Source: an uncultured Methanosarcinaceae archaeon
GTDB taxonomy: Archaea; Halobacteriota; Methanosarcinia; Methanosarcinales; Methanosarcinaceae
Reading direction: 5' to 3'
Assembly (NCBI GenBank): GCA_963727895.1
Contig: CAVSHT010000008.1
Location: 64,001 to 128,000, forward strand
Length of the DNA: 64,000 bases
Position 1 is the first letter of the stretch. Each line of letters begins with the position of its first letter. A program made the translations under genes and the position numbers. Of the stretch, positions 43,531 through 55,962 are shown piece after piece. The notes beneath the pieces were generated by a model. That model did no database searches and was not told where the DNA came from. It worked only from the letters and a program-made list of their open reading frames with translations.

Positions 43531-44325
43531 TTAGTTTTGATTGGCGGGAAGAGATCCATTTGGTATATCCAATAATTTAGTCTTAGTGAATTGGGTATCT
43601 TTCTCGAAAAAACTAAAATGGGGTTTATCAGAATAACCATGTACCCACATATAGAATTCAATACCAAAGACTGAAGGTCTAAATAAAATTCCGGGAACGG
43701 TTGCTACTTGACAATGTAATTCTTTAAGGTCATTTTCTCCGGTTACTGTAGCTACTTCAATCAAACCTAACCTAGTAAGTCCCCATATAGTATTTGAAAG
43801 CATTAGATCGAATTCATTTTTTTCCTGAATATCCATAGATTGCATGTATACATCAAATGGTAGAAACACTTCCGTTTTCCTTCTATCTTGAGAATAATTA
43901 AGATTAAAATTGTTGTCATTAAATAATTCTTATAGAATTGTATAAAATATGTAATGAGTTCGTATTTGATAAGATGACATTGATTCTAGTAGTGATAAAT
44001 AAATTAGACCTCTATCATCCCTCGAGCTACAATTACGCGAAGAAGCTAACACTCCTCCAAAATACTCAAGAGTTAACTCGTCCTCACAAAAAACACCATC
44101 ATCAAAAATACGTTTTAAGATTCTAGGACTTACCTGCCCAGGTGATTCAATTTTGGAACCAAGAATTGTTGTAGCATGAATAAAAATATGTTCAATGTTT
44201 TTGCAGGATTTCTCAACAAGGTTCTTTGTCTCATTTCCGAGATAATCTGCTGTAGGACCAAGTAATTTAAAAATTAGATCCTTTCCACCAATTAAAACTA
44301 AGCCAGTACCTATACTTATACTCAT
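43531..44325 (-). pseudogene. Hypothetical protein (DUF4393/Abi-alpha-like N-terminus) broken by one in-frame TAA at 43930-43932
   Basis: The two ORFs share a frame across a single stop. The family guess rests on the P.IL..I...ED.L...F..VLA..S pattern only. Confidence 0.55.
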
Positions 44326-44522
44326 AACAATCGTTAAAAATTAAAAGTTTACACAATAATTAAATCTTTCCATTTTTGTAAGCCTCCAAAGAAGACAAAA
44401 TCTAGACACCAGACTTCAAGTGTTAATGAACCATTTGAGAAAACAAAGAAATTGCCTTCATTGTAGGTATTGTCCCGATAGAAATATTTTATTTTGCGGA
44501 TATTGCTTTATTCTGGATTTTT

Positions 44523-44662
44523 GGTTCTGTAGAAATCCTGAATATTCAGGCAAAAATCAAAGTTAACAAGAATTCAAAAAATATTATTATATTATTAATT
44601 ATTGGATATATTCGTCGGTTTCAACCTACTAATGGCTAATTTGATATAGTTTCTACAGAGCC
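44523..44662. mobile_element. IS6-type MITE (140 bp), 8-bp TSD GGATTTTT
   Basis: TIR GGTTCTGTAGAAA / TTTCTACAGAGCC with an exact 8-bp direct repeat on both sides. Confidence 0.88.
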
Positions 44663-45038
44663 GGATTTTTTGTTAGTTTTTTACAGTCTTTTCGATGAAA
44701 AAAACCAACAAAAAATGAAAAAATTTATTTCGCTATCGTTTTCGATCAAAAGAGTTTCATTTTTGAGCATTTTCACTTACGTGATATTTGAAGGAAAAAG
44801 CATTTTTTCGATAAAGTTTTAGTCACCATTTTTACTTAATTTCCGGTTTTTTTCGCTGGATATCTGACAGTTTCACAATATGAAGTCAATTAAAAAATTA
44901 TTATTATTTTTTATAGTTGCCGTTATATAATATGTTGGCTATAAGATATATACAGGAGTATTAACTTCTTATTTTCCTTCCCATAAAAAATGATAAGAGA
45001 GGATTTTCGGGAAGGGAAAAATCACCGGGGGTTTTAGA

Positions 45039-45386
45039 TTGCGACATGTAAACAAATATGGTAAGCTATTGCTTAGTGCATACATTATGAAAAAACTTAA
45101 GTCAGGTGGGGCTCCAAAGGGCAGGAGAAATATGGGTAAATATATTAAGCTGGCTGTTGGGGCTTATCTTCTTGATAGATTCAAGGCAGGAAAAGTTGAA
45201 AAAGAGATCGAAGCCGAAATAAAACCTGAAGAAATGATAATGGGTAAAGCAGTAGAAGCTGAAACAGGTAAGAGATCCTCAATGGGAATCGGTAAAATGA
45301 TTCTAGGAGCTCTTACAGGCGCGACACTTGTATATGCTCTTAAAAAGCGTGCTGCTAAAAAAAGGTCTAAAATCGACGTAGAATGA
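45039..45386 (+). CDS. Hypothetical basic small protein
   Basis: 115-aa ORF with internal repeat GKxxxLxxxAY and a hydrophobic C-terminal segment. Confidence 0.55.
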   Translation: MRHVNKYGKLLLSAYIMKKLKSGGAPKGRRNMGKYIKLAVGAYLLDRFKAGKVEKEIEAEIKPEEMIMGKAVEAETGKRSSMGIGKMILGALTGATLVYALKKRAAKKRSKIDVE

Positions 45387-45391
45387 ACTTA

Positions 45392-45466
45392 GATACATTG
45401 AATTGATACATTGAATTGATACACTGAATTGATACACTGAATTGATACACTGAATTGATACACTGA
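45392..45466. repeat. 13-bp tandem repeat GATACAYTGAATT x5.8
   Basis: Seen directly in the sequence. Confidence 0.95.
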
Positions 45467-45560
45467 CTTTGGCATTTTCAGGTAAAATAAGTTCGTCTAC
45501 ATACAAGTTATTTTTAAATTGTTTTAATTGTTTTTATTGATATTTTAAAGGGAGTTTTTT

Positions 45561-46292
45561 TTATTTATCTCCCAATTTATCAATAAGTTCACTACTTCCC
45601 TTACTATCGTGGACTATAAAAGTGAATTTACCATCCTTCAAATTCATTTTTGCAAATTCAAAACCTTTTTTTAATCTCTGGAAGTCTTCAAAGTTTTCAT
45701 AAGTCTTAAGCGTGTCCTCAAGCTCCGAAATATATCTTAAGAGAAGATTATCTGCTAGTTTTCGGCTGTCTTCTATAGAGATTGGGGACCCTAGACCTTC
45801 ACACTCACAGGTCTGTAGTCGGAGCTCTTCGATATAAAAAGGATAAGTACTGCATAGCATCGGCCGCACCGGATAAATTCTACATTTGTGCGTATTTCTT
45901 TCAAGGAAAATGCAATCTCCGCTTCTTTTCCTTCTGAGTATCCATCCAAAAGTATGAATCTTGCCCTCAGAATCGATAAACTCTTTAAGAGATTCAAGAA
46001 GCTCAAAAGAGAGATATTCTTTGTTTTTCTCTGATGAATTAGATGAAGTTTCAGGATATTTTTCTTCATTTTCAAAGACATCATTTTGGGTAGAAGAGTC
46101 AAGCACAAAAGGCCTTACAATTTCAAGTTTTGATAAGCCTGTAGATTCCTGGATATTTTCGATGTCTGAAGGGATCACTGCTACTCTATTGTCCCCAAAA
46201 GCTTGCCTACAGCATTTTCCACATTGACGACAGAAAAAACCGATTTTTTGGATTTCAACTGCTAGTTTTTCATAATCAAGTTTGCGAGCCAT
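45561..46292 (-). CDS. YkgJ-family (CxxCxxCC) cysteine-cluster protein
   Basis: FFCRQCGKCC, C.FL....C.IY..RP..C..YPF, CEGLG. Confidence 0.85.
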   Translation of the reverse strand: MARKLDYEKLAVEIQKIGFFCRQCGKCCRQAFGDNRVAVIPSDIENIQESTGLSKLEIVRPFVLDSSTQNDVFENEEKYPETSSNSSEKNKEYLSFELLESLKEFIDSEGKIHTFGWILRRKRSGDCIFLERNTHKCRIYPVRPMLCSTYPFYIEELRLQTCECEGLGSPISIEDSRKLADNLLLRYISELEDTLKTYENFEDFQRLKKGFEFAKMNLKDGKFTFIVHDSKGSSELIDKLGDK

Positions 46293-46539
46293 TTCTATTT
46301 CTTTTTTGAGATAGGCAATAAGAAGTAGCTGATAGGTTGTTTTTCTGGATGCCTGTTTATTGCCTATGATGGGAGCTTCCATGCAAAGACTCGTGTCCTG
46401 CTGGTACATCAAATTAACGCAAGTAAAACTTGATGTGATTAATACTCGTAAATCTGATTCTGAAAAATATATACCTGGCTAAAAATGGATCTTAATAAGA
46501 AACTATATATCAGGGAACCTGATTTAAACTTTAGTTTAT

Positions 46540-47043
46540 ATGTGGCAGACATTACTCAAAAAATTTGAAAAATATCCTGCACAGGCAAAAGTGCTTAAGT
46601 TGATTTTTGAACGTGGATTTCAAGTTAACGAAGAAGGGAAGGTTACCTCTGGAAGTATTGAGATTGCTCATACTCAGCTTGCAAAGGAAGCTGATGTTGA
46701 CCGGCGTGTGGTTGATGCAACTACAAAGACCATTATTTCAGACGAACTTTTAAGTAGAATTTTCAAAAATGTTCATTCGATTCCTTTTCTTAGAGACGTA
46801 GCCCCTTCACTTGGCCTTGGAGTAATCATTATTATCCCTGAAGATGCAGCTCACGTAGGCATTATTGCAGAAGTTGCAAGCCTGATTTCTGAAAGCAATG
46901 TGAGTATACGCCAGGCTGTCTCGGATGATCCCTATCTTACTGACGATCCAAGACTCACGATAATTACCGATAAAAAAGTGCCTGGGGAGCTCGTGGATAA
47001 GATTCTAGAATTACCATCGGTCAAAGGAGTAAGCATTTATTGA
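46540..47043 (+). CDS. ACT-domain amino-acid metabolism regulator-like protein
   Basis: N-terminal HTH (VDRRVV) and C-terminal ACT (GIIAEV...SIRQ...DP). Confidence 0.8.
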   Translation: MWQTLLKKFEKYPAQAKVLKLIFERGFQVNEEGKVTSGSIEIAHTQLAKEADVDRRVVDATTKTIISDELLSRIFKNVHSIPFLRDVAPSLGLGVIIIIPEDAAHVGIIAEVASLISESNVSIRQAVSDDPYLTDDPRLTIITDKKVPGELVDKILELPSVKGVSIY

Positions 47044-47281
47044 ACCTTCTTCTGTGTCATGGGCTAAGATTCAATAAAATAATATAAAATAAAGTAAAAT
47101 CTGAATAATTAACTATAACTCCACTTGAAAGGCCGCTTTTCCTATTTAACCAGACTTTTCCGTGAACATTAGCCTATTTTCTGCCATATTGGTTCTAAAG
47201 TATGCAATGACATATAGTATATTAAGACAGCTTTACGCAGAGATTCCAAACAAGAAATAAGAATTTTTTTTATAAATATTT

Positions 47282-47453
47282 ACATATTTGAAGGAATTCT
47301 TTCTTCCAGAACCATTGAAAATTATAATTAATATATATTATGATTCAGTCTCCCGATTATCCTGTTATAGTAAAAAGTCATGAGAACTGAATCATAATAT
47401 ATATTAATTATAATTTTCAATGGTTCTGGAAGAAAGAATTCCTTCAAATATGT
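47282..47453. repeat. Perfect 68-bp inverted repeat with a 36-bp spacer
   Basis: 47282-47349 is the exact reverse complement of 47386-47453. Confidence 0.95.
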
Positions 47454-47528
47454 GTAAAATCACAAATCCAAAGGTTTTTAAGCAGATCTTAGTTAATCCT
47501 AGAAAAATTCAGCTGGAGAAGACGCATC

Positions 47529-48083
47529 ATGCAAGAAAAAATAAAAGAAATTGCAGATAGAATACATGAATTGCGTGAATTATCGGATTTCACTGTCAAA
47601 GACATGGCAGAATATTTACAAGTATCCGATGAAACCTATGAAAATTATGAAAATGGAATTGAAGACATTCCAGCAAGTATACTTTTCGAAATTGCACACA
47701 AACTGCGCGTAGATATGGCTACACTCCTGACAGGAGAAGAGCCCCGCATGAATATCTTTACAGTCACACGAGATGGAAAAGGGGTCAGTGTCGAGAGAAG
47801 AAAGCAGTATAAGTACCAGAACCTGGCTGAAAACTTCATTCATAAAAAGGCTGAATTTTTTATAGTCTCAGTAGAACCCAAACCTGACGAGACAAAACCT
47901 GAAACCAATTCACATCCAGGGCAAGAATTTGATTATGTACTTGAAGGAAGTCTGAAGGTCTATATCCACAACAATGTGATTGTCTTGAAAAAAGGAGATT
48001 CCATTTATTTTGATTCCACTTATGAACATGCTATGGAAGCTCTGGAAGGAGAAACAGCCAAGTTTCTGGCAGTTATAATATAA
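47529..48083 (+). CDS. XRE-family HTH regulator with a cupin domain
   Basis: HTH (RI.ELRE, YENG..DIP) plus cupin ([18 protein letters not shown]...H). Confidence 0.9.
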   Translation: MQEKIKEIADRIHELRELSDFTVKDMAEYLQVSDETYENYENGIEDIPASILFEIAHKLRVDMATLLTGEEPRMNIFTVTRDGKGVSVERRKQYKYQNLAENFIHKKAEFFIVSVEPKPDETKPETNSHPGQEFDYVLEGSLKVYIHNNVIVLKKGDSIYFDSTYEHAMEALEGETAKFLAVII

Positions 48084-48316
48084 TTCATTAATTTGACTTT
48101 GTTTTGGTAGATTCCATTTAAGTAGATAGTTTATCAACTCGATACAATGAATTCAATTTAAGAGAATTTGGTCTCAAACTCGATAAGAAATCCGATATCC
48201 AGGATAGGCTTGAAAAATATCCAAGATAAAGCTTGAAAATCTTGAAATTTAAATGAGTTCATGAAGCCTTCAAAATATAGAAGCTATAGAAATAAGTAGA
48301 TAAAACGGGTGTCTAA

Positions 48317-49996
48317 ATGACTTCTTTGCTCAATAAATTTGTTTATAAAACTGATTTTGAATCCTATGAAGATTTTGAGAAAAACTTCAAAATCCTTGTT
48401 CCTGAAAACTTCAACTTTGCCTATGATGTGGTAGGTGCCTATGCAAGAGATTCCCCTGAAAAGATCGCAATGATCTGGTGTAACGACAACGGGAAAGAAA
48501 AAATCTTTACTTTTAAAGACCTGAAGTACTACAGCGACAAAACCGCAAATTTCTTTGCAAAGCATGGAATTGGCAAGGGTGACTATGTAATGCTCACCTT
48601 AAAGAGCCGATATGAATTTTGGTACTGTATCATTGCGCTTCATAAATTGGGAGCCATTGCTGTACCTGCAACCCACATGCTCAAGACAAGAGATATTATA
48701 TATAGGATCAAAAAAGCCGGGCTGAAGATGATCGTCTGCATATCGGAAAACGGTGTTCCCGAACAGATTGACGAAGCACACTCCGAATGCGGAAATATCG
48801 AACTCAAAAAAGCAGTTGTTGGAGGAAAAGCCCGAGAAGGCTGGATTGATTTCAGGAAAGAACTCGAAGAATCCTCTCCTGATTTTGAACGCCCTTCAGG
48901 TGAAGCTGCTACGAAAAATAGTGATATATCTCTCGTGTATTTCTCTTCAGGGACTGCCAGCTTCCCGAAAATGGTTGAACACGACTATACTTATCCCCTA
49001 GGACATATTCTTACCGCAAAATACTGGCAGAATGTAGAAGATGACGGGCTGCATTATACAGTTGCCGACAGCGGCTGGGGAAAGTGCGTATGGGGAAAAC
49101 TCTATGGGCAATGGATTGCAGGTTGTGCGGTCTTTGTCTATGACTACGACAGATTTGAAGCCAGAAACATGCTTGATAAAGCCGCTAAATACGGAGTTAC
49201 AACTTTCTGTGCCCCGCCAACAATTTACCGATTTCTGATTAAAGAAGGTCTCTCAAAATCCGATTTTAGTACCCTGAAATATGCAGTAGTTGCAGGTGAA
49301 CCTCTTAATCCTGAAGTATATAATCGATTCCTTGAATTTACAGGAATAAAACTCATGGAAGGATTCGGGCAGACTGAAACTGTTGTAAGTATCGCAACTT
49401 ATCCATGGATGGAACCAAAACCCGGATCTATTGGAAGACCATCTCCTGGGTATAAAATTGAATTGATGGACAAAGACGGTAGGCTCTGTGAAGTAGGAGA
49501 AGAAGGAGAACTCGTAATCAACACAAAGGAAGGAAAACCTGTAGGACTCTTTGCCCACTATGGAAATGATCCAAAGAAAACTGAGGAAGCTTGGCATGAC
49601 GGCTATTATCATACAGGAGATATGGCCTGGATGGATGAAGATGGCTACCTATGGTTTGTGGGAAGAGCTGACGATATCATAAAAACTTCAGGATATAAAG
49701 TAGGACCTTTTGAAGTGGAAAGTGCTCTTATCCAGCATCCTGCAGTGCTCGAGTGTGCAATTACAGGTGCTCCTGACCCTGTAAGAGGTCAGATTATCAA
49801 GGCAACCGTTGTGCTCACAAAAGGATACAAACCTGAAGATTCACTTAAGAAAGAGCTTCAGGAACACGTAAAAAAAGTTACTGCTCCCTACAAGTATCCG
49901 CGTATTATAGAGTTTGTGGAAGAGCTTCCAAAGACAATTAGCGGAAAAATCCGCAGGGTTGAGATCAGGGATAAAGATCAAAACGAACTAAACTAA
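48317..49996 (+). CDS. AMP-forming acyl-CoA synthetase (short/branched-chain)
   Basis: YFSSGT...[39 protein letters not shown]. Confidence 0.92.
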   Translation: MTSLLNKFVYKTDFESYEDFEKNFKILVPENFNFAYDVVGAYARDSPEKIAMIWCNDNGKEKIFTFKDLKYYSDKTANFFAKHGIGKGDYVMLTLKSRYEFWYCIIALHKLGAIAVPATHMLKTRDIIYRIKKAGLKMIVCISENGVPEQIDEAHSECGNIELKKAVVGGKAREGWIDFRKELEESSPDFERPSGEAATKNSDISLVYFSSGTASFPKMVEHDYTYPLGHILTAKYWQNVEDDGLHYTVADSGWGKCVWGKLYGQWIAGCAVFVYDYDRFEARNMLDKAAKYGVTTFCAPPTIYRFLIKEGLSKSDFSTLKYAVVAGEPLNPEVYNRFLEFTGIKLMEGFGQTETVVSIATYPWMEPKPGSIGRPSPGYKIELMDKDGRLCEVGEEGELVINTKEGKPVGLFAHYGNDPKKTEEAWHDGYYHTGDMAWMDEDGYLWFVGRADDIIKTSGYKVGPFEVESALIQHPAVLECAITGAPDPVRGQIIKATVVLTKGYKPEDSLKKELQEHVKKVTAPYKYPRIIEFVEELPKTISGKIRRVEIRDKDQNELN

Positions 49997-50047
49997 AGAT
50001 ACTAGCTGGAAGTCCATAATAAGATAAATAGAGAAAATAATAGAGCC

Positions 50048-50090
50048 TGTTATGATCCGGAAATAGACAACTTGCGGATCATAACAAAAA
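50048..50090 (+). terminator. Strong hairpin after the acyl-CoA synthetase gene
   Basis: TGTTATGATCCG ... CGGATCATAACA, a 12-bp perfect stem. Confidence 0.5.
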
Positions 50091-50384
50091 GGAAAAGAAA
50101 GAAATAAGTACCTTAAACCTTCTGAAATGTTTATTTTAAGAAGATTTGGTTCAAAATTGACTTTATAGTTTTATTTGATTTTCTTTTAACTAATAACCAT
50201 ACGTTTTACAATGCAAGAAACGTATGGAAACCTAAAGCTCTTCTTTCTGGCATGCAAAAGGTTGAAAAAACAGAGACTGCAAAGGTCGAAAGAGAACGAC
50301 CCCAGATTTTTCCAAATCCAGTAATGTACCTGAAAACCAGGAAGAGTACAAGGGTAAATTGAAAAGTAAAATGTGAGGATTCAT

Positions 50385-50633
50385 ATGTCAAACAATGATA
50401 AAAAAGAACCTTATCCTGTTATTAATACTCTGGAGTGCAAGGCCTGCGGACGCTGCCTTCTTGCCTGTCCCAAAGGTGTACTTTTTATGAGTGAAGACCT
50501 GAATGCACGAGGCTACCATTATGTGGAATATAAAGGAGAAGGTTGCTCAGGCTGTGCAAGCTGCTATTATACCTGTCCGGAACCGCTTGCAATCGAAATT
50601 CATATTCCTCTAAAAACTCAGGAAGCAATTTAA
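50385..50633 (+). CDS. vorC: 2-ketoisovalerate:ferredoxin oxidoreductase ferredoxin subunit
   Basis: Two CxxCxxCxxxCP motifs, upstream of vorB. Confidence 0.85.
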   Translation: MSNNDKKEPYPVINTLECKACGRCLLACPKGVLFMSEDLNARGYHYVEYKGEGCSGCASCYYTCPEPLAIEIHIPLKTQEAI

Positions 50634-50654
50634 CTCAGAAAAGGAGGAAAAACT

Positions 50655-51710
50655 ATGACAACACAACTCATAAAAGGTAATTCTGCAATAATTGTCGGTG
50701 CACTCTATGCTGGATGTGACTGCTTCTTTGGATATCCAATAACTCCGGCAAGTGAGATTCTTCACGATGCATCCAAATATTTGCCGAAAATAGGCAGGAA
50801 ATTCGTCCAGGCTGAGTCTGAAGAGGCGGCGATTAACATGGTCTATGGAGGAGCAGCTGCAGGGCACAGAGTCATGACATCATCTTCAGGTCCTGGAATT
50901 AGCCTGATGCAGGAAGGAATTTCCTACCTTGCTGGCTCCGAACTTCCCTGCGTGGTTGTTGATATAATGAGAGCAGGTCCTGGGCTGGGAAACATAGGGC
51001 CGGAGCAGGCAGATTACAGTCAGGTAGTAAAAGGTGGAGGGCATGGGAACTACAAAAATATCGTGCTTGCCCCAAATTCAGTGCAGGAAATGTGCGATTT
51101 TACCATGAAAGCTTTTGAGCTTGCTTTCAAGTACAGGAATCCAGCTGTGGTGCTTGCAGATGGTGTTCTCGGACAGATGATTGAGTCACTAGAATTCCCA
51201 AAGCAAGCTATTGTCCCTGAGATTGATACTACCTGGGCAGTTAACGGTACAGCTGAAACCAGACCTAACCTGATAACCTCTATTTTTCTGGACTTCAATG
51301 AGCTAGAAATGTTCAATGAAAAACTGCAAGCAAAGTATGAGCTCATAAAGAAGAATGAAGTAGATTATGAGGAGTACCTGACTGATGATGCTTCAATTAT
51401 CCTTGTTTCATATGGGATAAGCAGTCGTATATGCAGGTCAGCTGTAGATTTTGCCAGGAAAGAAGGTATCAAAGTAGGGCTTTTTAGACCAAAGACACTG
51501 TTCCCATTCCCTGCAGCACAGTTGAAATCTCTGGCAGACAGAGGCTGTTCATTTATTTCTGTAGAAATGAGCAATGGACAGATGATAGATGATGTCAGGC
51601 TTGCAATCAATTGTTCACAGCCTGTAGAGCTTGTAAATCGTATGGGAGGGAATTTAATAGCCCTCGATAAGATCATGGACAAAATAAGGAAAATGGCAGG
51701 AGAGGCATGA
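50655..51710 (+). CDS. vorB: 2-ketoisovalerate:ferredoxin oxidoreductase alpha-type subunit
   Basis: [36 protein letters not shown]. Confidence 0.9.
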   Translation: MTTQLIKGNSAIIVGALYAGCDCFFGYPITPASEILHDASKYLPKIGRKFVQAESEEAAINMVYGGAAAGHRVMTSSSGPGISLMQEGISYLAGSELPCVVVDIMRAGPGLGNIGPEQADYSQVVKGGGHGNYKNIVLAPNSVQEMCDFTMKAFELAFKYRNPAVVLADGVLGQMIESLEFPKQAIVPEIDTTWAVNGTAETRPNLITSIFLDFNELEMFNEKLQAKYELIKKNEVDYEEYLTDDASIILVSYGISSRICRSAVDFARKEGIKVGLFRPKTLFPFPAAQLKSLADRGCSFISVEMSNGQMIDDVRLAINCSQPVELVNRMGGNLIALDKIMDKIRKMAGEA

Positions 51711-53158
51711 AAATGGCAGCGGAAATCATTAATGGAGAAAAAGTAATAAGAAGGCCAAAAGCCCTGTATTCAGACTATCCTCGTAAAGGCTCAGTAGCCT
51801 CGACAGCTACTCACTACTGCCCTGGATGTGGACATGGGGTTCTGCATAAACTTATTGCCGAAGCAATTGATGATCTTGGGATTCAGGATCGAACTGTTAT
51901 GATCAGCCCTGTTGGCTGCGCCGTCTTTGCTTACTATTATTTTGATACAGGCAATATCCAGGTTGCTCACGGACGTGCGCCTGCGGTTGGGACAGGAGTT
52001 TCAAGGGCAGAAGAAAATGCTGTAGTTATTTCATATCAGGGAGATGGAGACCTTGCTTCTATAGGTCTAAATGAAACTCTACAGGCTGCAAACAGGGGTG
52101 AAAAGCTTGCAGTATTTTTCGTAAACAATACTGTTTACGGAATGACAGGGGGACAGATGGCACCTACAACACTTGTGGGTGAAAAGACCACGACATGTCC
52201 AGATGGTCGAGATCCCCGCTTTGCAGGTTATCCTCTCCATCTGTGCGAGCTGCTAAATAACCTTAAGACTCCGGTTTTTATTGAAAGGGTTTCAGTCTCA
52301 GATATTTCCCATATAAGAAAAGCTAGAAAGGCTGTAAGAAAGGCACTTGAGATCCAGCATGATGGAAAAGGATATGCTTTTGTTGAAGTCCTTGCAGCCT
52401 GTCCGACTAACCTTAAGATGGATGCGGAGAAAGCTATCAATTTCATAAATGAGGAGATGGAAACGGAATTCCCTCTCCAGAATTTTAGGGATAAATCTCA
52501 AGAAGTTGAGCCCCTGCACCGTGGAGTTAGTGACTTTACAACTAAAACCCTTGAACAGCTTTACGGAATTGAAACAGATTCAGGAGAAAAACCCTCCCGA
52601 AAAGACTTTGTACCGATCCAGGCCAAGATTGCAGGTTTCGGAGGGCAGGGTGTCCTGAGTATGGGTATTATCCTTGCGCAGGCCGGAGTAAAGGCAAACC
52701 TCAATGCTTCCTGGTTCCCGTCCTATGGTCCTGAACAGAGGGGAGGAACATCAAACTGTTCGGTCGTTATTTCAGGCCAGGCAATTGGATCCCCTACAGT
52801 TTACACTCCGGATATCCTGATAGCTATGAACCGCCCTTCCCTTGAAAAGTTTGAAGGAGTAGTCCGAGAAAGAGGACTTATTCTCTATGATTCGTCCATT
52901 GGCGAAGTAGAGACACCTGCGCACGTTAAAGTCGTTGCAGTTCCTGCAACCGAAAAAGCCAAAGAAGCAGGTTCAGAGAAAGCAGCCAATTCTTTCATGC
53001 TTGGAGTCTTGATGGGCCTTAAAGCAACAGGCCTGGAAGAGGAAGTATTCAAGGAAGCCCTTACTGAGAACTTTGCAGGAAAACCCAAAGTTATAGAGTT
53101 TAACCAGATGGTTCTTGATGCAGGAGCTCAGTGGGCAAGAGAAAACGTTAAGTTCTAA
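51707..53158 (+). CDS. vorA: 2-ketoisovalerate:ferredoxin oxidoreductase beta-gamma fusion subunit
   Basis: [11 protein letters not shown] motif GDGD...NN..YGMTGGQ, gamma domain [18 protein letters not shown]. Confidence 0.9.
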   Translation: MKMAAEIINGEKVIRRPKALYSDYPRKGSVASTATHYCPGCGHGVLHKLIAEAIDDLGIQDRTVMISPVGCAVFAYYYFDTGNIQVAHGRAPAVGTGVSRAEENAVVISYQGDGDLASIGLNETLQAANRGEKLAVFFVNNTVYGMTGGQMAPTTLVGEKTTTCPDGRDPRFAGYPLHLCELLNNLKTPVFIERVSVSDISHIRKARKAVRKALEIQHDGKGYAFVEVLAACPTNLKMDAEKAINFINEEMETEFPLQNFRDKSQEVEPLHRGVSDFTTKTLEQLYGIETDSGEKPSRKDFVPIQAKIAGFGGQGVLSMGIILAQAGVKANLNASWFPSYGPEQRGGTSNCSVVISGQAIGSPTVYTPDILIAMNRPSLEKFEGVVRERGLILYDSSIGEVETPAHVKVVAVPATEKAKEAGSEKAANSFMLGVLMGLKATGLEEEVFKEALTENFAGKPKVIEFNQMVLDAGAQWARENVKF

Positions 53159-53477
53159 GGACCTTAGGGTCTGAAGATATATAGATTAAAGAGTTTGAAA
53201 TTTGAAGAATTTATGATTTGAGATAAGTTTAGAGAACACTTATTTTTTATAAAATAGGTGGAGATATTTTATCTCTACCTGCTTGTTTTTTCAATGACTT
53301 TTCATTGACTTTTAAGTGATTTTTCAGTATTTTCAAGTAACTTTGCCCTTTTAATTGCTGAAATTCCGGCTCTGTAGAAATGGTTATTTAATGCAAATTA
53401 TTTCTATCACTTTTTTGTTTATATTATACACTAACAGTTTAATTTTTATTTCCTTCACTTGATTGTAGTATTTTCTT

Positions 53478-53615
53478 GGGCAGTGTAACATAAGTTATGC
53501 AAAATTACAAATTTCAAGAAGTTTTTGAGTCACAAATTCCATATTAGAAGATCAATTTTTTATACTGTATACAAAAACTTAACTTAGACTTTACAGCAAA
53601 TTCGCGACACTGCCC
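53478..53615. mobile_element. Probable MITE bounded by GGGCAGTGT/ACACTGCCC
   Basis: 9-10-bp terminal inverted repeat around ~120 bp of AT-rich DNA. No clear TSD. Confidence 0.45.
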
Positions 53616-53898
53616 ACTTTTTCATGACCCGAAACTCGATTGATCCTTCCATATTAGCGATTCAGAGGAGCAATTTTGAGTATTAGGATCAGATTCACTA
53701 CTTAGTTATAATCATTTGAAAACTGAAAAAGTTTTTATTTTCTAAACTCAAAATATGGAAATATTATTTCAAAAATATTATATTTAGAAAATGAAATGAG
53801 TAAATCCACAGAAGCAAAAGTTCCGTATGTTGGATCAAATATCGACAGTTAAAGGTTTAATGCTATTATTTTTCAGCTCAAACGCATAAATATTATTT

Positions 53899-54640
53899 GG
53901 CATTGTTACTTAACTATATTTAATTATTTATTTCTGTATTTCATCAATAGAATAACCGAGTACTTTAGCATTTCAAGACTCTTCGTATAACACTTTGTCT
54001 CTTTCTTCTCAATCTTGCCAGAAAGTGCCTCAATATGCTGTTATATCCTTCAACGGTATACGTTTCTGCTTTTGATTGAGTATGGATCTTTTTTGGAATA
54101 AACTCTGCATATGCTCTCCAGTGATAGGTCATCACTTCTCCAATCTCTTTTTTCTTCACTTTTTCCCAGAGTAGTTTTCCAGTTTCCGTTCCTCTGCTAT
54201 CAAAAGAGCAGTTGATGAACTTTTTCCCAACTCTATCAATAGCAATCCAGATCCAGCAATATTTTTTTTGTTACCGATGTAAGTGTGCATCTCATCCATT
54301 TCAACAATAGATATCTCACTTTCACTTTTTAGGTCCTCTAACTCCTGACCAAATTTCTTTATCCATCTTTGGACAGAAACATGACTAACCCCTAAAACTC
54401 TTCCTATTGAACGAAAGCCCAATCCTTCAAGGTAAAGTTGTAAAGCCTGTTTTTTAACAGAGGCGGAAAAAGCAGTTGATTTTAGCTCTACTGTATAGTT
54501 ATATCCACAATCATGGCATTTGTAGCGTTGACGCCCGCCAACTATACCGTTCTTTTTGTGACTGGAACTATTGCATTTTGGGCAGTTCATGAAGAAATAT
54601 ATGTTATAAGCACATATATCTATTTTTGTTTACCAATGCC
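53899..54640 (-). mobile_element. IS1-family element copy 6 (742 bp; 2-bp insertion frameshifts the InsB C-terminus)
   Basis: GGCATTG...CAATGCC ends. No TSD. Confidence 0.9.
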
Positions 54641-54642
54641 AA

Positions 54643-55020
54643 ATTACAATTGATTTAGTCACTATTATCATCCTTTATATACTGCTACTGGCGCTACTTG
54701 CAGGAGTAATAAATCTCCTCCTGAATGTCAAATCAATTCTATTCGGGACTATTGGAAGCGGTTTAGGTCAGATAGTATCTAGTGTTCTCACAATTTTTGT
54801 TCTCATTGATCTTTTCAAGACTTTTGCTGATTTTCGTGAACATGAAGAAATCAAAATTGCATATGTAACCGATGCTACGATTTTAATAGTTATGCGTGAA
54901 ATCGCAGCAGGGGTATATGCCCAAAGATTTGATTATCAATTTATTTTAGGCTTATCGATGTTGTTGTTAATACTGGGTATAATAAAGGCTCTATCTGTAA
55001 AATATCCATCCAAACAATGA
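54643..55020 (+). pseudogene. PsiE-family membrane protein, 5'-truncated by IS1
   Basis: Hand translation: ITIDLVTIIILYILLLALLAG...VLTIFVLIDLFKTF.DF.EHEEI...YVTDATILIVMREI...KYPSKQ*. No start codon after the IS end. Confidence 0.7.
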
Positions 55021-55026
55021 TCTATT

Positions 55027-55155
55027 CACTGTTCCAAAACTCAAAATTTGCTTCTTCAATTCCTTCATATAAAGTGATCAATAAAGCATCAGATCGTGAG
55101 AACATCCTGAATAATCCTTATGGTTGAGAATGAAGTGGAGTTTTGGGGTGAGCTC
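55027..55155. mobile_element. Degenerate MITE related to the 4694/39122 family
   Basis: Shares AAAACTCAAAATTTGCTT at the left and GAGTTTTGGG..GAGCTC at the right; similar length. Confidence 0.55.
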
Positions 55156-55339
55156 TTTAATAATTTCTATCATAAAGAAAATAGTGGCGTAAAAATACCC
55201 AGTTGTTGCAGTGATAGTCTTGATCGCAACTTTATTTTCATCAGGTATTAGTAAATACTATACAACTTAGGTAAATAAGTTTGATGAGAATAAATTATGA
55301 AAAATATTATTTTAGAGAATAGATATCCGGAAAGTAGGA

Positions 55340-55612
55340 TCAACTGTACTCCATCTTTTTAGGAATATGCTCCACACAGATTTCCTTGACTGTTGTCACT
55401 TTCATCATATTTGTTTCGTTATCAGGTTCACCAGTAACTTCAACAAATTTACGGCAGAAAAATTCAAGGTAATAGTCTAGTTCCCATGGACCTCTATCCT
55501 CATACTTTAGCAGAAACTCCCTGTCCCAGGTCTGAAGATAATAATCTGGACCTTCACTTTTGCTTCCGATCCGTCCATATTTTACATAAACGAGTCCTTC
55601 AAAAATTTCCAT
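55340..55612 (-). CDS. Hypothetical protein (90 aa)
   Basis: Strong SD AGGAGG and a compact ORF. Confidence 0.7.
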   Translation of the reverse strand: MEIFEGLVYVKYGRIGSKSEGPDYYLQTWDREFLLKYEDRGPWELDYYLEFFCRKFVEVTGEPDNETNMMKVTTVKEICVEHIPKKMEYS

Positions 55613-55962
55613 ACAGTGTTCCTCCTTTTGAGATAAAATTCCAACTTAAAGAATAAATTATTCTAACAGGTAAATATTACCATATTATAACAATTATTTT
55701 TCAGTATTAATAAGGATGCAAGTATTACCCCATTATATCATGTATAAAACTCCTCAATGATTATGAATCTACAAAATAATTTCAGGATACAACAACATAT
55801 AAAAAAGAGTCTCACAAACACGAAAGAGTACAAAGGACAAATTGACATTGAGGTTTTGACCCAACTTAGAGCATGTCTTGAAATTAAACTTGGTTATTTA
55901 TAGTTTCATTGCAATATATAAATTCTGAAATTTCTCTTAATCCATAACAGGAGGGGTATTAA

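Noticed and set aside
43930..43932. Pyrrolysine read-through joining the two ORFs
   Set aside because: The stop is TAA, not TAG, so it is treated as a nonsense mutation
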